From positions 11,618-75,617 of the forward strand of contig JAKSOZ010000005.1 of assembly GCA_024405265.1 (NCBI GenBank): a stretch of DNA of 64,000 nucleotides, given 5' to 3'. Shown in pieces: positions 27,793 to 36,851 of the stretch. The notes beneath the pieces were generated by a model that was not told the DNA's origin, did no database searches, and saw only the letters and a list, made by a program, of their open reading frames with translations. The number at the start of each line of letters is the position of its first letter. Positions within the stretch are counted from its first letter, which is position 1. The translations under genes and the position numbers were made by a program. This stretch comes from Kiritimatiellia bacterium. Lineage in GTDB: Bacteria; Verrucomicrobiota; Kiritimatiellia; RFP12; UBA1067.

Positions 27793-28641
27793 TTAAAGTC
27801 CGAGGCTCGCATTAACCTGAAGCTTCTCGCGAAGCTGCTTAAGCTGATAGTAGTCGGACTTATGAGAGAACAAATCGCGGCAGATATCCTGAGAAAGATA
27901 TTCCATGCGAGTAGCACGAATACCCTGAATCAACTCTTCGGCGGAGGAGCTACGCTGCTGAAGCTCAGGAAGCTTTTCGAGAAGCTTAAGCGCCGCCCCC
28001 TTATCCACGACGACGTTAGTGTACTTGTCGCCGAAGAAGATCATACTCCCGCGGCGAAGTTTAAGATCGATATCCGCACGGCGGGAATTGATCGTAGCAA
28101 CCATGGACTTGGTCTTTTCATTCGGAACAAATTCGCCGTCGAAAGTATAGGTTATCTTAACCGTAGGTTTCTTTGCCTTCTTCTTGGCTACTTTCTTGGC
28201 AGGCGCCGCGGACGATTTCTTGGCCTTAGGTTCGTCATCGAAAAGGTCATCCAACGAACCGAAGTCGTCATCATCTCCGAAGAGATCATCACCTCCGAAA
28301 TCGTCTCCGGAATCCTCTTCTTCGGCCGAATCTTCGCTCGCGCCGCCTCCGACTTCGGACTTGTTGGCCTTCGCTCCGGCCTGAGTTTTGACGAATTCGT
28401 TCCACGGAACGACCTGACCGCTCACGAAGTTGCCGTTGATGCGGATGCCCGTGCCCCAGCGATCGACTTTGTAAGGAGCGGGGATATACTGACCGTTGAT
28501 AAACACGATACCCGTACGAATTTCCTTACCCTTCGTAACTTTAAGATGCTTCGCCGAAGCGTTCGGTATCTTCTCGAACGCAAACGTTTCGAAAGACAAC
28601 GCTGCGATAATCATCATTACGATAATCTTGATCAGTTTCAT
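27793..28641 (-). CDS. Hypothetical exported protein with acidic/Lys-rich linker
   Basis: SD gaggag before ATG 28641; signal-like MKLIKIIVMMIIAALSFETFA; DDLFGDDD low-complexity linker. Confidence 0.75.
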   Translation of the reverse strand: MKLIKIIVMMIIAALSFETFAFEKIPNASAKHLKVTKGKEIRTGIVFINGQYIPAPYKVDRWGTGIRINGNFVSGQVVPWNEFVKTQAGAKANKSEVGGGASEDSAEEEDSGDDFGGDDLFGDDDDFGSLDDLFDDEPKAKKSSAAPAKKVAKKKAKKPTVKITYTFDGEFVPNEKTKSMVATINSRRADIDLKLRRGSMIFFGDKYTNVVVDKGAALKLLEKLPELQQRSSSAEELIQGIRATRMEYLSQDICRDLFSHKSDYYQLKQLREKLQVNASLGL

Positions 28642-28664
28642 CGCTACTCTCCTCTCGGTCTTAA

Positions 28665-28785
28665 AAGATCCCACATTGCCGTAGCACAGAATCCCCGGAA
28701 CCCGGTATTGTCAGTTAGAGCCGAAGCTCCTATAATAATGTCGGTCGAAGAAATGTCTGCTCAATCCGCGTGCAACACAGGACCC
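28665..28785 (-). ncRNA. ssrS: Probable 6S RNA (short form)
   Basis: Long closing stem GGTCCTGTGTTGC/GCAATGTGGGATC, internal TTCGACCGACATTATTATAGGAGC resembling the 6S central-bubble 5' strand, apical GAGC-TTCG-GCTC hairpin; starts 10 nt after the pheT stop. Recognised by eye, no covariance model run. Confidence 0.6.
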
Positions 28786-28794
28786 ACGCTCTTT

Positions 28795-31251
28795 TCAGCC
28801 CTCTCTTACTTCGATTCCGTCAGTCGCCTTGAGGGCATCCACGACCTGGCGGAAGGACTTGCCGACTTCATCATCGGTCAGAGTCTTGGTGGAGTCACGG
28901 AACTCGAGCGCATAAGCGACCGCGCGCTTATCGGATCCGAGATCCTTTGACTTGAAGACGTCGAAGATTTCGACCTTCGTCAAAATCTTACCGGCGTTCT
29001 TCTTAATCACATTGACAATCATTTCGTTCGTAACCGAACGGGTAACGACCATCGCGATGTCGCGAGAAACGGACGGGAACTGAGGAACGGCCGAGACCTT
29101 TCCGACTTCGTTCGTTTTCTTCAAGAGCATCTTAAGCTCCATCTCGCAAAGCGCCATCTGAGTCGTCAAACGATAGGGATGGCGAAGCTTCGCCGACAAA
29201 GCGCCCATAACGCCGATTACCTTGCCGTTAAGTTTAACGCTAAGCGAAGCGCCGGGAGCGAACGCCGGGTGTTCTCCCGGTATGAACTCGACGCGACCGG
29301 CATGTGCGCGAGCGACGAGCTCTTCGACCGCGCCTTTAAGCCAAAGAACCGCTTCTTCCTCGGATACGCCGGCGCGCTTGCGCAAAGCCTCTCGACCGAC
29401 AGGACCGACGAACCCCAAGGAGAGCATCTCCTTCTCCACGGGACGAGTACCGTCTTCTCCGCCCAAGGCGAAGACCTTGCCGATTTCGAAGAGCATCGCC
29501 GAATCAAGCTGATGCGAAGCGTTTCGGCCCAAGGACCCCATCATTTGCGGAAGAAGGCTATCACGCATGACTCCATACTCCGCCGAAACGGGATCAGGAA
29601 TCACGAGACGCGACTTCTTGGTCGTTTCGCGATTATCGAAATCGTTAAGTTCCTTCTCGGAAAGGAACGAATAGTGCATCGCTTCGGTAAAGCCGAGCGC
29701 GAGGCAAAGCTCACGAATTTTGCCCTTCGCGCGGAAAGGCTGATCCGACAAGGTCGAGATCGAAGGTGCCGAAGGCATCGTGTCGGGAATATTATCGAGC
29801 CCATAAACACGAGCGATTTCTTCGACGAGATCCGCTTCAAGCGAAAGATCGTACCGCCAGGAAGGAATTCCGAAAGCGACCTCGGTTTCCGCAGCGTACG
29901 GGCCGGCCTTACGCGCGACAAGCCCGAGCGAAACGAGAATGTGGACCATCGCATCGTTCCCGACGGGGATACCGATAAGTTTACGCGCACGTTCGAAATT
30001 CAATACGACGTCGGCATTCAAAGGACGTTCGCGGTTATCGACATCAATGACGCCCTTCGCGATCTTAGCATTGCCGTACTTCTGCAAAAGATGCATCGCA
30101 CGGCGCGAAGCGGAATCGGCAAGGTCCTTATCGACACCACGGATATAACGATAGCTCGATTCGGAAGCGAGTCCGAGCTTGGTCGCCGTGTACTTCGTCG
30201 ACGTGGTTTCGAAAAGTGCGCTCTCAAGCATGACGGTCGTGGTACCGGGCGCGATACCGGAATCTTCACCGCCCATAATACCCGCAACCGCGTTAGGACG
30301 ATTGGAGTCGCAAATCATCAGCATCGAAGGATCGAGCTTACGAGTGACGCCATCCAAGGTCATCATCTCCTCGCCCTCCTTCGCATCGCGAACGACGATC
30401 GTACGATCCGCGAGCTTCGTATGATCGAACGCGTGGAGAGGCTGGCCCATTTCGAGCATGACATAGTTCGTCACGTCGACCGCAAGCCCCAAAGAACGAA
30501 CGCCGCAGAGTTCAAGTCGCTTCGCCATAAGCTTCGGGCTAGGAGCGTCAGCGGTCATCGAGGTGACGACACGCGCCGTGTAACGCGGGCACTTGGTCGG
30601 ATTCTCGACGACGACCTTCACCTCGGAATTGACATCGATATCTTCTTCGACGAAATCGAGCTCGGGCTTCTTGAGCTCACGGCCGAGAATCGCCGCGTAT
30701 TCACGGGCGATACCGATAACCGACAAGGCATCGGGGCGGTTCCAAGTGATCTCGATATCGAAAACGGTTTCAGGCTTATCCTCGCCGGATGCGATATCTC
30801 GAACGAGCGCACCGACAGGAACCTCGGCGCCGTATTCGATGATACCATCGTGATCGTCACCCAAGTGAAGCTCACGATTCGAGCAGCACATACCGTTGGA
30901 CTCGACGCCGCGGAGCTTGCCCTTCTTGATCTTGAACTCGCCCTCGGGAATGAGCGCGCCGATTTTCGCGAAGGCGGTTTTGATTCCCTTGCGCATATTC
31001 GGGGCGCCGCAAACGACCTGATAAACTTCCTTACCGTCCGTAACTTTACAAACGTGAAGGTGGTCGGAATTCGGATGAGCCTCGCATTCAAGAACTTCGA
31101 CGACGACAATCAAATCGGAGAGCTGAATTCCGCCTACGGTCTCAATCGACTCGACCTGGAGACCCGCGCGAGTAAGCTTCTCGGCGAGTTCTTTAGGGTC
31201 GATATCGTCAACCTTTACGTATTCATTCAGCCAGCTGATCGGTAACTTCAT
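28795..31251 (-). CDS. pheT: Phenylalanine--tRNA ligase beta subunit
   Basis: MKLPISWLNEYV, HPNSDHLHVC, VVCGAPN, ITWNRPDALS, DLVEEIARVYG, QFPSVSRDIA. Confidence 0.97.
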   Translation of the reverse strand: MKLPISWLNEYVKVDDIDPKELAEKLTRAGLQVESIETVGGIQLSDLIVVVEVLECEAHPNSDHLHVCKVTDGKEVYQVVCGAPNMRKGIKTAFAKIGALIPEGEFKIKKGKLRGVESNGMCCSNRELHLGDDHDGIIEYGAEVPVGALVRDIASGEDKPETVFDIEITWNRPDALSVIGIAREYAAILGRELKKPELDFVEEDIDVNSEVKVVVENPTKCPRYTARVVTSMTADAPSPKLMAKRLELCGVRSLGLAVDVTNYVMLEMGQPLHAFDHTKLADRTIVVRDAKEGEEMMTLDGVTRKLDPSMLMICDSNRPNAVAGIMGGEDSGIAPGTTTVMLESALFETTSTKYTATKLGLASESSYRYIRGVDKDLADSASRRAMHLLQKYGNAKIAKGVIDVDNRERPLNADVVLNFERARKLIGIPVGNDAMVHILVSLGLVARKAGPYAAETEVAFGIPSWRYDLSLEADLVEEIARVYGLDNIPDTMPSAPSISTLSDQPFRAKGKIRELCLALGFTEAMHYSFLSEKELNDFDNRETTKKSRLVIPDPVSAEYGVMRDSLLPQMMGSLGRNASHQLDSAMLFEIGKVFALGGEDGTRPVEKEMLSLGFVGPVGREALRKRAGVSEEEAVLWLKGAVEELVARAHAGRVEFIPGEHPAFAPGASLSVKLNGKVIGVMGALSAKLRHPYRLTTQMALCEMELKMLLKKTNEVGKVSAVPQFPSVSRDIAMVVTRSVTNEMIVNVIKKNAGKILTKVEIFDVFKSKDLGSDKRAVAYALEFRDSTKTLTDDEVGKSFRQVVDALKATDGIEVREG

Positions 31252-32614
31252 TCTTCACCTCTTCTTGAGCCTCTACTTTAGGCTCTTCTACAATCTTGGT
31301 CTCTTCCGCTTTGTGCTCTTCGGTCGAAGTCGGATTCGGCTTAGCCGATTTACGCTTTTTCCACTGAGGACCATACTTAGGATACTTTTCAACCGCCGAG
31401 TAAACGCCGTTAGTGAACGCGATCACATGGCCCGTCGAAACCAGCCAGTCGAGATGCTTCTTGACGTCGCCTTCAGCGGCAAGTTCATTCATGTCGCAGC
31501 ACGGATGCTCGGCAACGAAAGTCGCGACCTTCGCGAGCTCGGGAATCGCATGCTCGGTATCGAACGGCTTAAGCTCAAGATTGATCACGAACTCGGGGCC
31601 CTTCGCATCATTCGCGCGGAAGAATTTCATTTTGCGATGATGGAACGCGCCGCGAAGCGCGAAGCACATGTTGTAAGGCGCGCGACGTTCTTTCTCAATC
31701 GCGTCCTTAACCGCCCAAACGAGAGGCTTGACGGGGCTCTTCATCGCCGCGGAAGCCGTGATCATCAAATGTTTCGGCTTATCGAGAAGCGACGAAAGAA
31801 TCGTACGTTTGAACTCGATTTCGGCCTGCTCGCGAGTAAGCGGCGTAGCTTCTTCGGACGCGCCCTTAAGAGTATATACCGTGCGCTTCACCGCACTCTG
31901 ACGCCAAGCTTCGATCGACTCGGCATCGCGCACCATTTCGATATGAGAACGATACTCCGACTCGCTCATGTTCGGGAAACGCGTACGGATCATCTCTTTG
32001 ACGTTAGCGCCGAATTCATGAATATTCGGCGGGCCCAAAAAGACACCGGTAAGACCGCACTTCGCGACGCAACTGAAATTACCTTTAGGAGGCTCGACTT
32101 CGATCTCTTTCGCTGCATAATAATCAACGAGATGCGAAGATACGATATGATCGACAACCTCTTCTTCGGAAAGCGCGGCGAATGAGCAAGCCTTGCACTG
32201 ATGGAACGTCTCCTTCGTCGTGACCTTCAGAAGAATCGACTCGGGATTATCCAAGAAGAAGTAAGCGAGATCTTTGAGCTTATAAGCGTGAGTATCCTGC
32301 TGAAGCTTACGGATAATCGTGCCGAGAGCCTTGGTCTCGGGAAGTATCTTCACTTCCGCATCCAGAGGCCGAGGCTTTTCGCGCACTTCGCCGAAATTGC
32401 GACGAGAAGAAGCGCCCTTCTCGAAAGGCCTCTTGAACGGCTTTTTATCACCGAAAGGCTTCTTCTCTCCAAACGGCTTACGCGGACGATCGTCATGACG
32501 ATCTTCGCGAACTTTGCCGACGCTGATACCCGCGTCTTTCTTCGCCCAATCCGGCGTGAAAGACATCGACCCCAACGACGCGAGGTCCAACATATTATTT
32601 TCTTCTGTGCTCAT
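31223..32614 (-). CDS. Conserved hypothetical protein with C2H2-like motif
   Basis: CKAC-x12-H-x4-H; KCGLTGVFLGPPNIHEF; own extended -10 at 32624-32632. Confidence 0.75.
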   Translation of the reverse strand: MSTEENNMLDLASLGSMSFTPDWAKKDAGISVGKVREDRHDDRPRKPFGEKKPFGDKKPFKRPFEKGASSRRNFGEVREKPRPLDAEVKILPETKALGTIIRKLQQDTHAYKLKDLAYFFLDNPESILLKVTTKETFHQCKACSFAALSEEEVVDHIVSSHLVDYYAAKEIEVEPPKGNFSCVAKCGLTGVFLGPPNIHEFGANVKEMIRTRFPNMSESEYRSHIEMVRDAESIEAWRQSAVKRTVYTLKGASEEATPLTREQAEIEFKRTILSSLLDKPKHLMITASAAMKSPVKPLVWAVKDAIEKERRAPYNMCFALRGAFHHRKMKFFRANDAKGPEFVINLELKPFDTEHAIPELAKVATFVAEHPCCDMNELAAEGDVKKHLDWLVSTGHVIAFTNGVYSAVEKYPKYGPQWKKRKSAKPNPTSTEEHKAEETKIVEEPKVEAQEEVKNEVTDQLAE

Positions 32615-33555
32615 TGCGATATAATTATATCATATATCTCACGTAAAGTGCGAACCAAATTGAGTTTTGCGCGCAAAGCCGCTGCCCCCGGTCGACCGTT
32701 GAAATAACGGAACAGATGAGTGTGCATTTTAACGCTCGCGTACCCATCTACCGAAGGAATATGATCTAAAGGATATTTATCAACTAACTTTTCGCGAAAT
32801 TCAAGCAAATATCTCAGATGACGACGACAGATATCTTTCGCATCAAGCTCGAATAAAAGCTCGCTTTCTTCATTTTTCAAGCGCGAAAAAATCGCCGGAT
32901 CATTAAGCGCGGCGCGGCCGACCATAATCGCCGCGACTCCCGTCTTGGCCATTTCCGAAGCCGTGCGAGCGTCAACGACGCTACCGTTGCCCACGATCGG
33001 CACCTTGGCTTTTTCGACGACTTCGCGCAAAAGTTCGAGATCGGTAGCGCCTCCGTGCATTTGACTCGTGAACCGAGCATGCACGATAAGCGAAGACACC
33101 CCGGCACTTTCCGCCGCGTTCAAAAGCTCGAAGATCCTCGGCTTATCGGGGCGAGGACCGAGACGCGTTTTAAGCGAAACAGGCGTCGACGTATTCTCTT
33201 TCATCGCTTTCAAGAGCCGATATACCTTCTCAGGGTCTTCAATCAATTTAGCACCCGCGCCCTCCCGCGTCACTTTCGTCATCGGGCACCCGGCGTTAAG
33301 ATTAAGCTCTACGAAACCCTCCGGCACTTCTCGCGCGGCAAAAGCCAGATCGCGCTCGTTCGAGCCGAAAAGTTGGCAAGCTACCGGTCCTTCTCCTTCG
33401 AGCTTCTCCATCAAGTGCCTCGTCGGTCTGTTGCCGTGCGCCAATCCCGCCGCGCTCACCATCTCCGTATACGTCAAATCCGCGCCGCCTTCGAAACAGA
33501 GCTTGCGAAACGGAGCGTCGCTAAAACCGGCGAGAGGTGCTAAATAAAACTTCAT
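32611..33555 (-). CDS. dusB: tRNA-dihydrouridine synthase (DusB-like)
   Basis: LAPLAGFSDAPFR, LNLNAGCP, VHAR, VGNG, MVGRAAL. Confidence 0.85.
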   Translation of the reverse strand: MKFYLAPLAGFSDAPFRKLCFEGGADLTYTEMVSAAGLAHGNRPTRHLMEKLEGEGPVACQLFGSNERDLAFAAREVPEGFVELNLNAGCPMTKVTREGAGAKLIEDPEKVYRLLKAMKENTSTPVSLKTRLGPRPDKPRIFELLNAAESAGVSSLIVHARFTSQMHGGATDLELLREVVEKAKVPIVGNGSVVDARTASEMAKTGVAAIMVGRAALNDPAIFSRLKNEESELLFELDAKDICRRHLRYLLEFREKLVDKYPLDHIPSVDGYASVKMHTHLFRYFNGRPGAAALRAKLNLVRTLREIYDIIISQ

Positions 33556-35096
33556 TCGGACTTGGGCTCAGCGAGCGGCGTCAAGAACGGATCGGAATAT
33601 TCGGCCGTAGGATCCACTACCGCAAAAGAAACGAAACTCGGAGCGCCGTATTCAGACGATTTGGTTTTCCCGAATACCGCGATATCTACTCGCTCATTGA
33701 CTTTCAACTTCGAGCGCTTGACTCTGATGCGCGCCGTATTGCTCATCAATTTTTCTATCTTTACCGCGCCCGAGTCCCCGTGCACCTGACGAAATTCGTA
33801 TTTGTCCGCGCCGTAAGCTTTGATATCGAAAACCCGCTCTTCGTCCGAGGATCGAAGAATGAACGAATAAGCGAAAGGTTCGGCGAAAAGAAGCTCGGGC
33901 CAAACCGAACGCTCGATGACCGGAGCGGCGGTTACCTGAAGCGCGACGAGCGGAGGAATCTCCGCGATAGTAAGCGACGAAGCCGCGCGCTTAAGCGCCT
34001 CAATATCGAGTCCGTTCGCAGGGAACGCGGTCGGATGAGCCTTGGGCGAGAGATAATCCTCCTCATTCTCGACGCCGATGAGATTCTTGCGGATCAAAGT
34101 CTGTATCGTCGGAGATAGGAGTCCTCGTTTTACAATCTCCGATTTGACTTCGCTCCTAAGCGACCGACTTACCTCCAACGCGGCACGAAGATAATATTGA
34201 TCGGAATAACTACGACCGGCCGTTATAAGGCAATAAGGCGTGATCGCCGGGAACACATCCCCTAGCGTACCGATCGGAGGCGTATCGGCATGAGACGGGA
34301 AAACCCAAAACTGATTAGTCAAGTACGCCTTTCTCATCACCTTCAGTTTACCGGCTTCAGTCGTCATCATCGCGCGCGGCAAGCTTCGCCAATAGGCGTT
34401 GCCGAGATATGCTCTCGACGCATTACCGAAAAGCGGATACGGAAAAAGCATATTGGGAATATCAAGATCCAATCTCCGCTCACGACCTTCTTGATCGAGA
34501 GTCACGCGCGTAAGCCCGGGAAAATCTTCGACTTTCAACATCGAATGCATCCCGTCTCGATTCATGTACAAGTCTCCGGTATTCCCCAGCGACGCGCCTC
34601 TCACGAGCTCCAAAGAGGCTCGGAACGCGCCGACATCGAAATCCCAGAGAAGATTCTGCTCTCCCAAGGCTATCGTTCGCCCGAAGATACCGTTTGCCGG
34701 CACATTGGCATTCGGTCCGAGCATGATCGGACGCGACTTCATCTCCTTCGCGTACTCGACAAGCTCCTTGAAACGCTTGACGTTCTTAAGGCGCTTCAAA
34801 TCATTGTCATCAGCTATAGCGTCACTATCCCTGAAGCCAAGATCGATGGCCGTCTCAAGCTCGTCCAAAGCCGGGGCGACTTCCTTCGCGTAAGCCAGCG
34901 AACAAGCGAGATTGTAATGCCAGGTAGGATCATCGGGCAAAAGCTCAACACCCTTCCGACAAGTTTCGGTCATCGTCTCGACATCGCCCTCTTTAAGCGC
35001 GACGATGAACTGCGCACGCAGCGCCTCATGTCGCGGTTGACGCGCGGGATAATCCCAAATCGAGAGTACCGCTAAAACTATCGCGAGAACGTTCAT
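33552..35096 (-). CDS. TPR-containing hypothetical protein
   Basis: PDDPTWHYNLACSLAY...ALDELETAIDLGF TPR-like unit; TGATG coupling to the upstream gene. Confidence 0.75.
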   Translation of the reverse strand: MNVLAIVLAVLSIWDYPARQPRHEALRAQFIVALKEGDVETMTETCRKGVELLPDDPTWHYNLACSLAYAKEVAPALDELETAIDLGFRDSDAIADDNDLKRLKNVKRFKELVEYAKEMKSRPIMLGPNANVPANGIFGRTIALGEQNLLWDFDVGAFRASLELVRGASLGNTGDLYMNRDGMHSMLKVEDFPGLTRVTLDQEGRERRLDLDIPNMLFPYPLFGNASRAYLGNAYWRSLPRAMMTTEAGKLKVMRKAYLTNQFWVFPSHADTPPIGTLGDVFPAITPYCLITAGRSYSDQYYLRAALEVSRSLRSEVKSEIVKRGLLSPTIQTLIRKNLIGVENEEDYLSPKAHPTAFPANGLDIEALKRAASSLTIAEIPPLVALQVTAAPVIERSVWPELLFAEPFAYSFILRSSDEERVFDIKAYGADKYEFRQVHGDSGAVKIEKLMSNTARIRVKRSKLKVNERVDIAVFGKTKSSEYGAPSFVSFAVVDPTAEYSDPFLTPLAEPKSE

Positions 35097-36361
35097 CAGT
35101 GATTGATCTTCATCCAAGAAGGAAGCTTGACGAGTTTCGCTTCACGGCTTTGATTAGTGGCCATAGAATCGATGGTTCCGATCGAAGGCGACTCCAGCGA
35201 AGCGAGGCGCGCGAGCATCGTTTGCTGACGAATGGCGCTCGCCTGACGCATCTTTTCGCTCTTCTCGCGTTCGACCATGAGATCTTGTTCCGTACGTTGA
35301 AGCTTCGCGCGCAGCGCTTCCGTTTCCTGACGAAGCTGAGTGACGTCCTTCATATTCTCCGAAAGACGAGCTTCTTCGACTCGTTTGATTCTAAGCTCTT
35401 CCTCGAGCTCACGAATCTTAACGATATTATCCATATTGACCTTCTCCTGCTCTCGCTTAAGAAGGTCCAATTCCTTACGTAGCTGAATGGTGCGGGGATC
35501 TTCCGGACGCTGAACCAAAGCGCGGCGAGTCATTTCTTCGATATTTCCGCCGGACTTTTTAAGAATCATCCTTCTCCGTTCCATAAGTCGATCGGCGCGC
35601 TCTTGATAACGGCGTTTGAACTCGTCGAATTCCTTCTTCTCGAGTTCGATCAGATCCTGAAGTTCCCGATTCTCGTCCGTCATGATTCCGAATACGGCCG
35701 CTTGAATATCCGCGACTTCACTAGCCGCAGCCGGCAGACGACGGAGTTCGTCTTCAAGATGAACGACCTGCTCCTTCAAAAGACGATTTTCGTTCTCAAG
35801 TTCCTTGATTCGCGCCTCATCGACGACGACCTTCTCAACAGGAACCTCGACTATTCTATCAACCGGCACTTCTACGACTTTTTCCACGATTCGATCGACC
35901 GGAACCTCAACTATCTTTTCGATGACCTGCGTGACCGAAGGTTTCAGCGGTTCTTTGATTTCTTCCGCTTCCGTCGGCGCGACGTCTTCAAGGGCGCCCT
36001 CTTCCGGCTTCTCAGGTTCCACCGCTTCGGCCTTCGGCTCTTCGATCTCGAAAGGCGGACGAACTTCGACGATGGTCGTCGTTTTCGGAAGTCGACCTGA
36101 AGCGAGCAGCGACTCCGCAGCTACTTTATTGAACGGCCCACGCGGGTTTCCATCGCCGATATCGATCGAAAAGCGCATATCGAGCATGGGCACCTCTTCA
36201 ACCTTACGCCAAATGAGATTGTCATCCGAGACTTCCTGCCCGGGCTGAATCCGTCCCATTTCCGCCCACTCGACGAGCTTCTTCGCGTCAACGGGACCGA
36301 AAGTTTCGTTCTGCGTTCTCAAATACCATGTCGATTGTTCGTTCATATTCTCTCCGATCAT
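35096..36361 (-). CDS. GYF_2 (DUF4339)-like tandem domain protein with VPV repeats and long coiled coil
   Basis: WYLRTQNETFGPV..KLVEWAEMGRI; second GPF unit; EKIVEVPVDRIVEKVVEVPVDRIVEVPVEKVV; heptad-rich C-terminal half. Confidence 0.75.
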   Translation of the reverse strand: MIGENMNEQSTWYLRTQNETFGPVDAKKLVEWAEMGRIQPGQEVSDDNLIWRKVEEVPMLDMRFSIDIGDGNPRGPFNKVAAESLLASGRLPKTTTIVEVRPPFEIEEPKAEAVEPEKPEEGALEDVAPTEAEEIKEPLKPSVTQVIEKIVEVPVDRIVEKVVEVPVDRIVEVPVEKVVVDEARIKELENENRLLKEQVVHLEDELRRLPAAASEVADIQAAVFGIMTDENRELQDLIELEKKEFDEFKRRYQERADRLMERRRMILKKSGGNIEEMTRRALVQRPEDPRTIQLRKELDLLKREQEKVNMDNIVKIRELEEELRIKRVEEARLSENMKDVTQLRQETEALRAKLQRTEQDLMVEREKSEKMRQASAIRQQTMLARLASLESPSIGTIDSMATNQSREAKLVKLPSWMKINH

Positions 36362-36840
36362 TTGAAATTAACCGTTACGCCCATGCGCTTCGCACGTGCC
36401 ATTTCGTTTTTAAGCGCCGCCTCGAGCGCGGCGAGTTTGCGAGGATCGGTCTTATCGAACAGACCGGGACGGTTCCCCGTCTTCGTCGGAGATACCGCTT
36501 CAGGCATCTTCCGATAAGCTCCGCGCAACACTATCGCGCCACCTTCTTGAGTACCGTCATAAAGGCGATATATTCTCGCCGTAGGCGGAACGACTTTTTG
36601 TTCGATCAACTTGGAAACCACGCCATGATTGAACGGTCCGAAGAGACGTCCGAGTTCGGTCTCGACGATCCACTTCATCTCCAACTCTTTCATGAGCGGA
36701 GCCGGGGTCCATTTCAAACGATCACGAGAAAGCAAACTCGTAGGCTCTATACGACCTTCTTGAGCCCACCGAATCAGCTTCGGCGGCTCCGCCGGGCCAT
36801 ACACCTTCCCGTCATCTGTCTTAACGTACCACTCAATCAT
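36358..36840 (-). CDS. GYF_2 (DUF4339)-like tandem domain protein
   Basis: WYVKTDDGKVYGP...KLIRWAQEGRI and WIVETELGRLFGPF; extended -10 at 36851-36859. Confidence 0.7.
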   Translation of the reverse strand: MIEWYVKTDDGKVYGPAEPPKLIRWAQEGRIEPTSLLSRDRLKWTPAPLMKELEMKWIVETELGRLFGPFNHGVVSKLIEQKVVPPTARIYRLYDGTQEGGAIVLRGAYRKMPEAVSPTKTGNRPGLFDKTDPRKLAALEAALKNEMARAKRMGVTVNFK

Positions 36841-36851
36841 TCGTTTTATTA

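Noticed and set aside
29179-31245. Long plus-strand ORFs (e.g. 4788-6038, 11229-12917, 22140-23255, 29179-31245, 42755-43996, 47720-48916, 51479-53029)
   Set aside because: Each lies antisense to a clearly identified minus-strand gene, has no motifs and is Arg/Leu-rich; these are shadows of codon bias.
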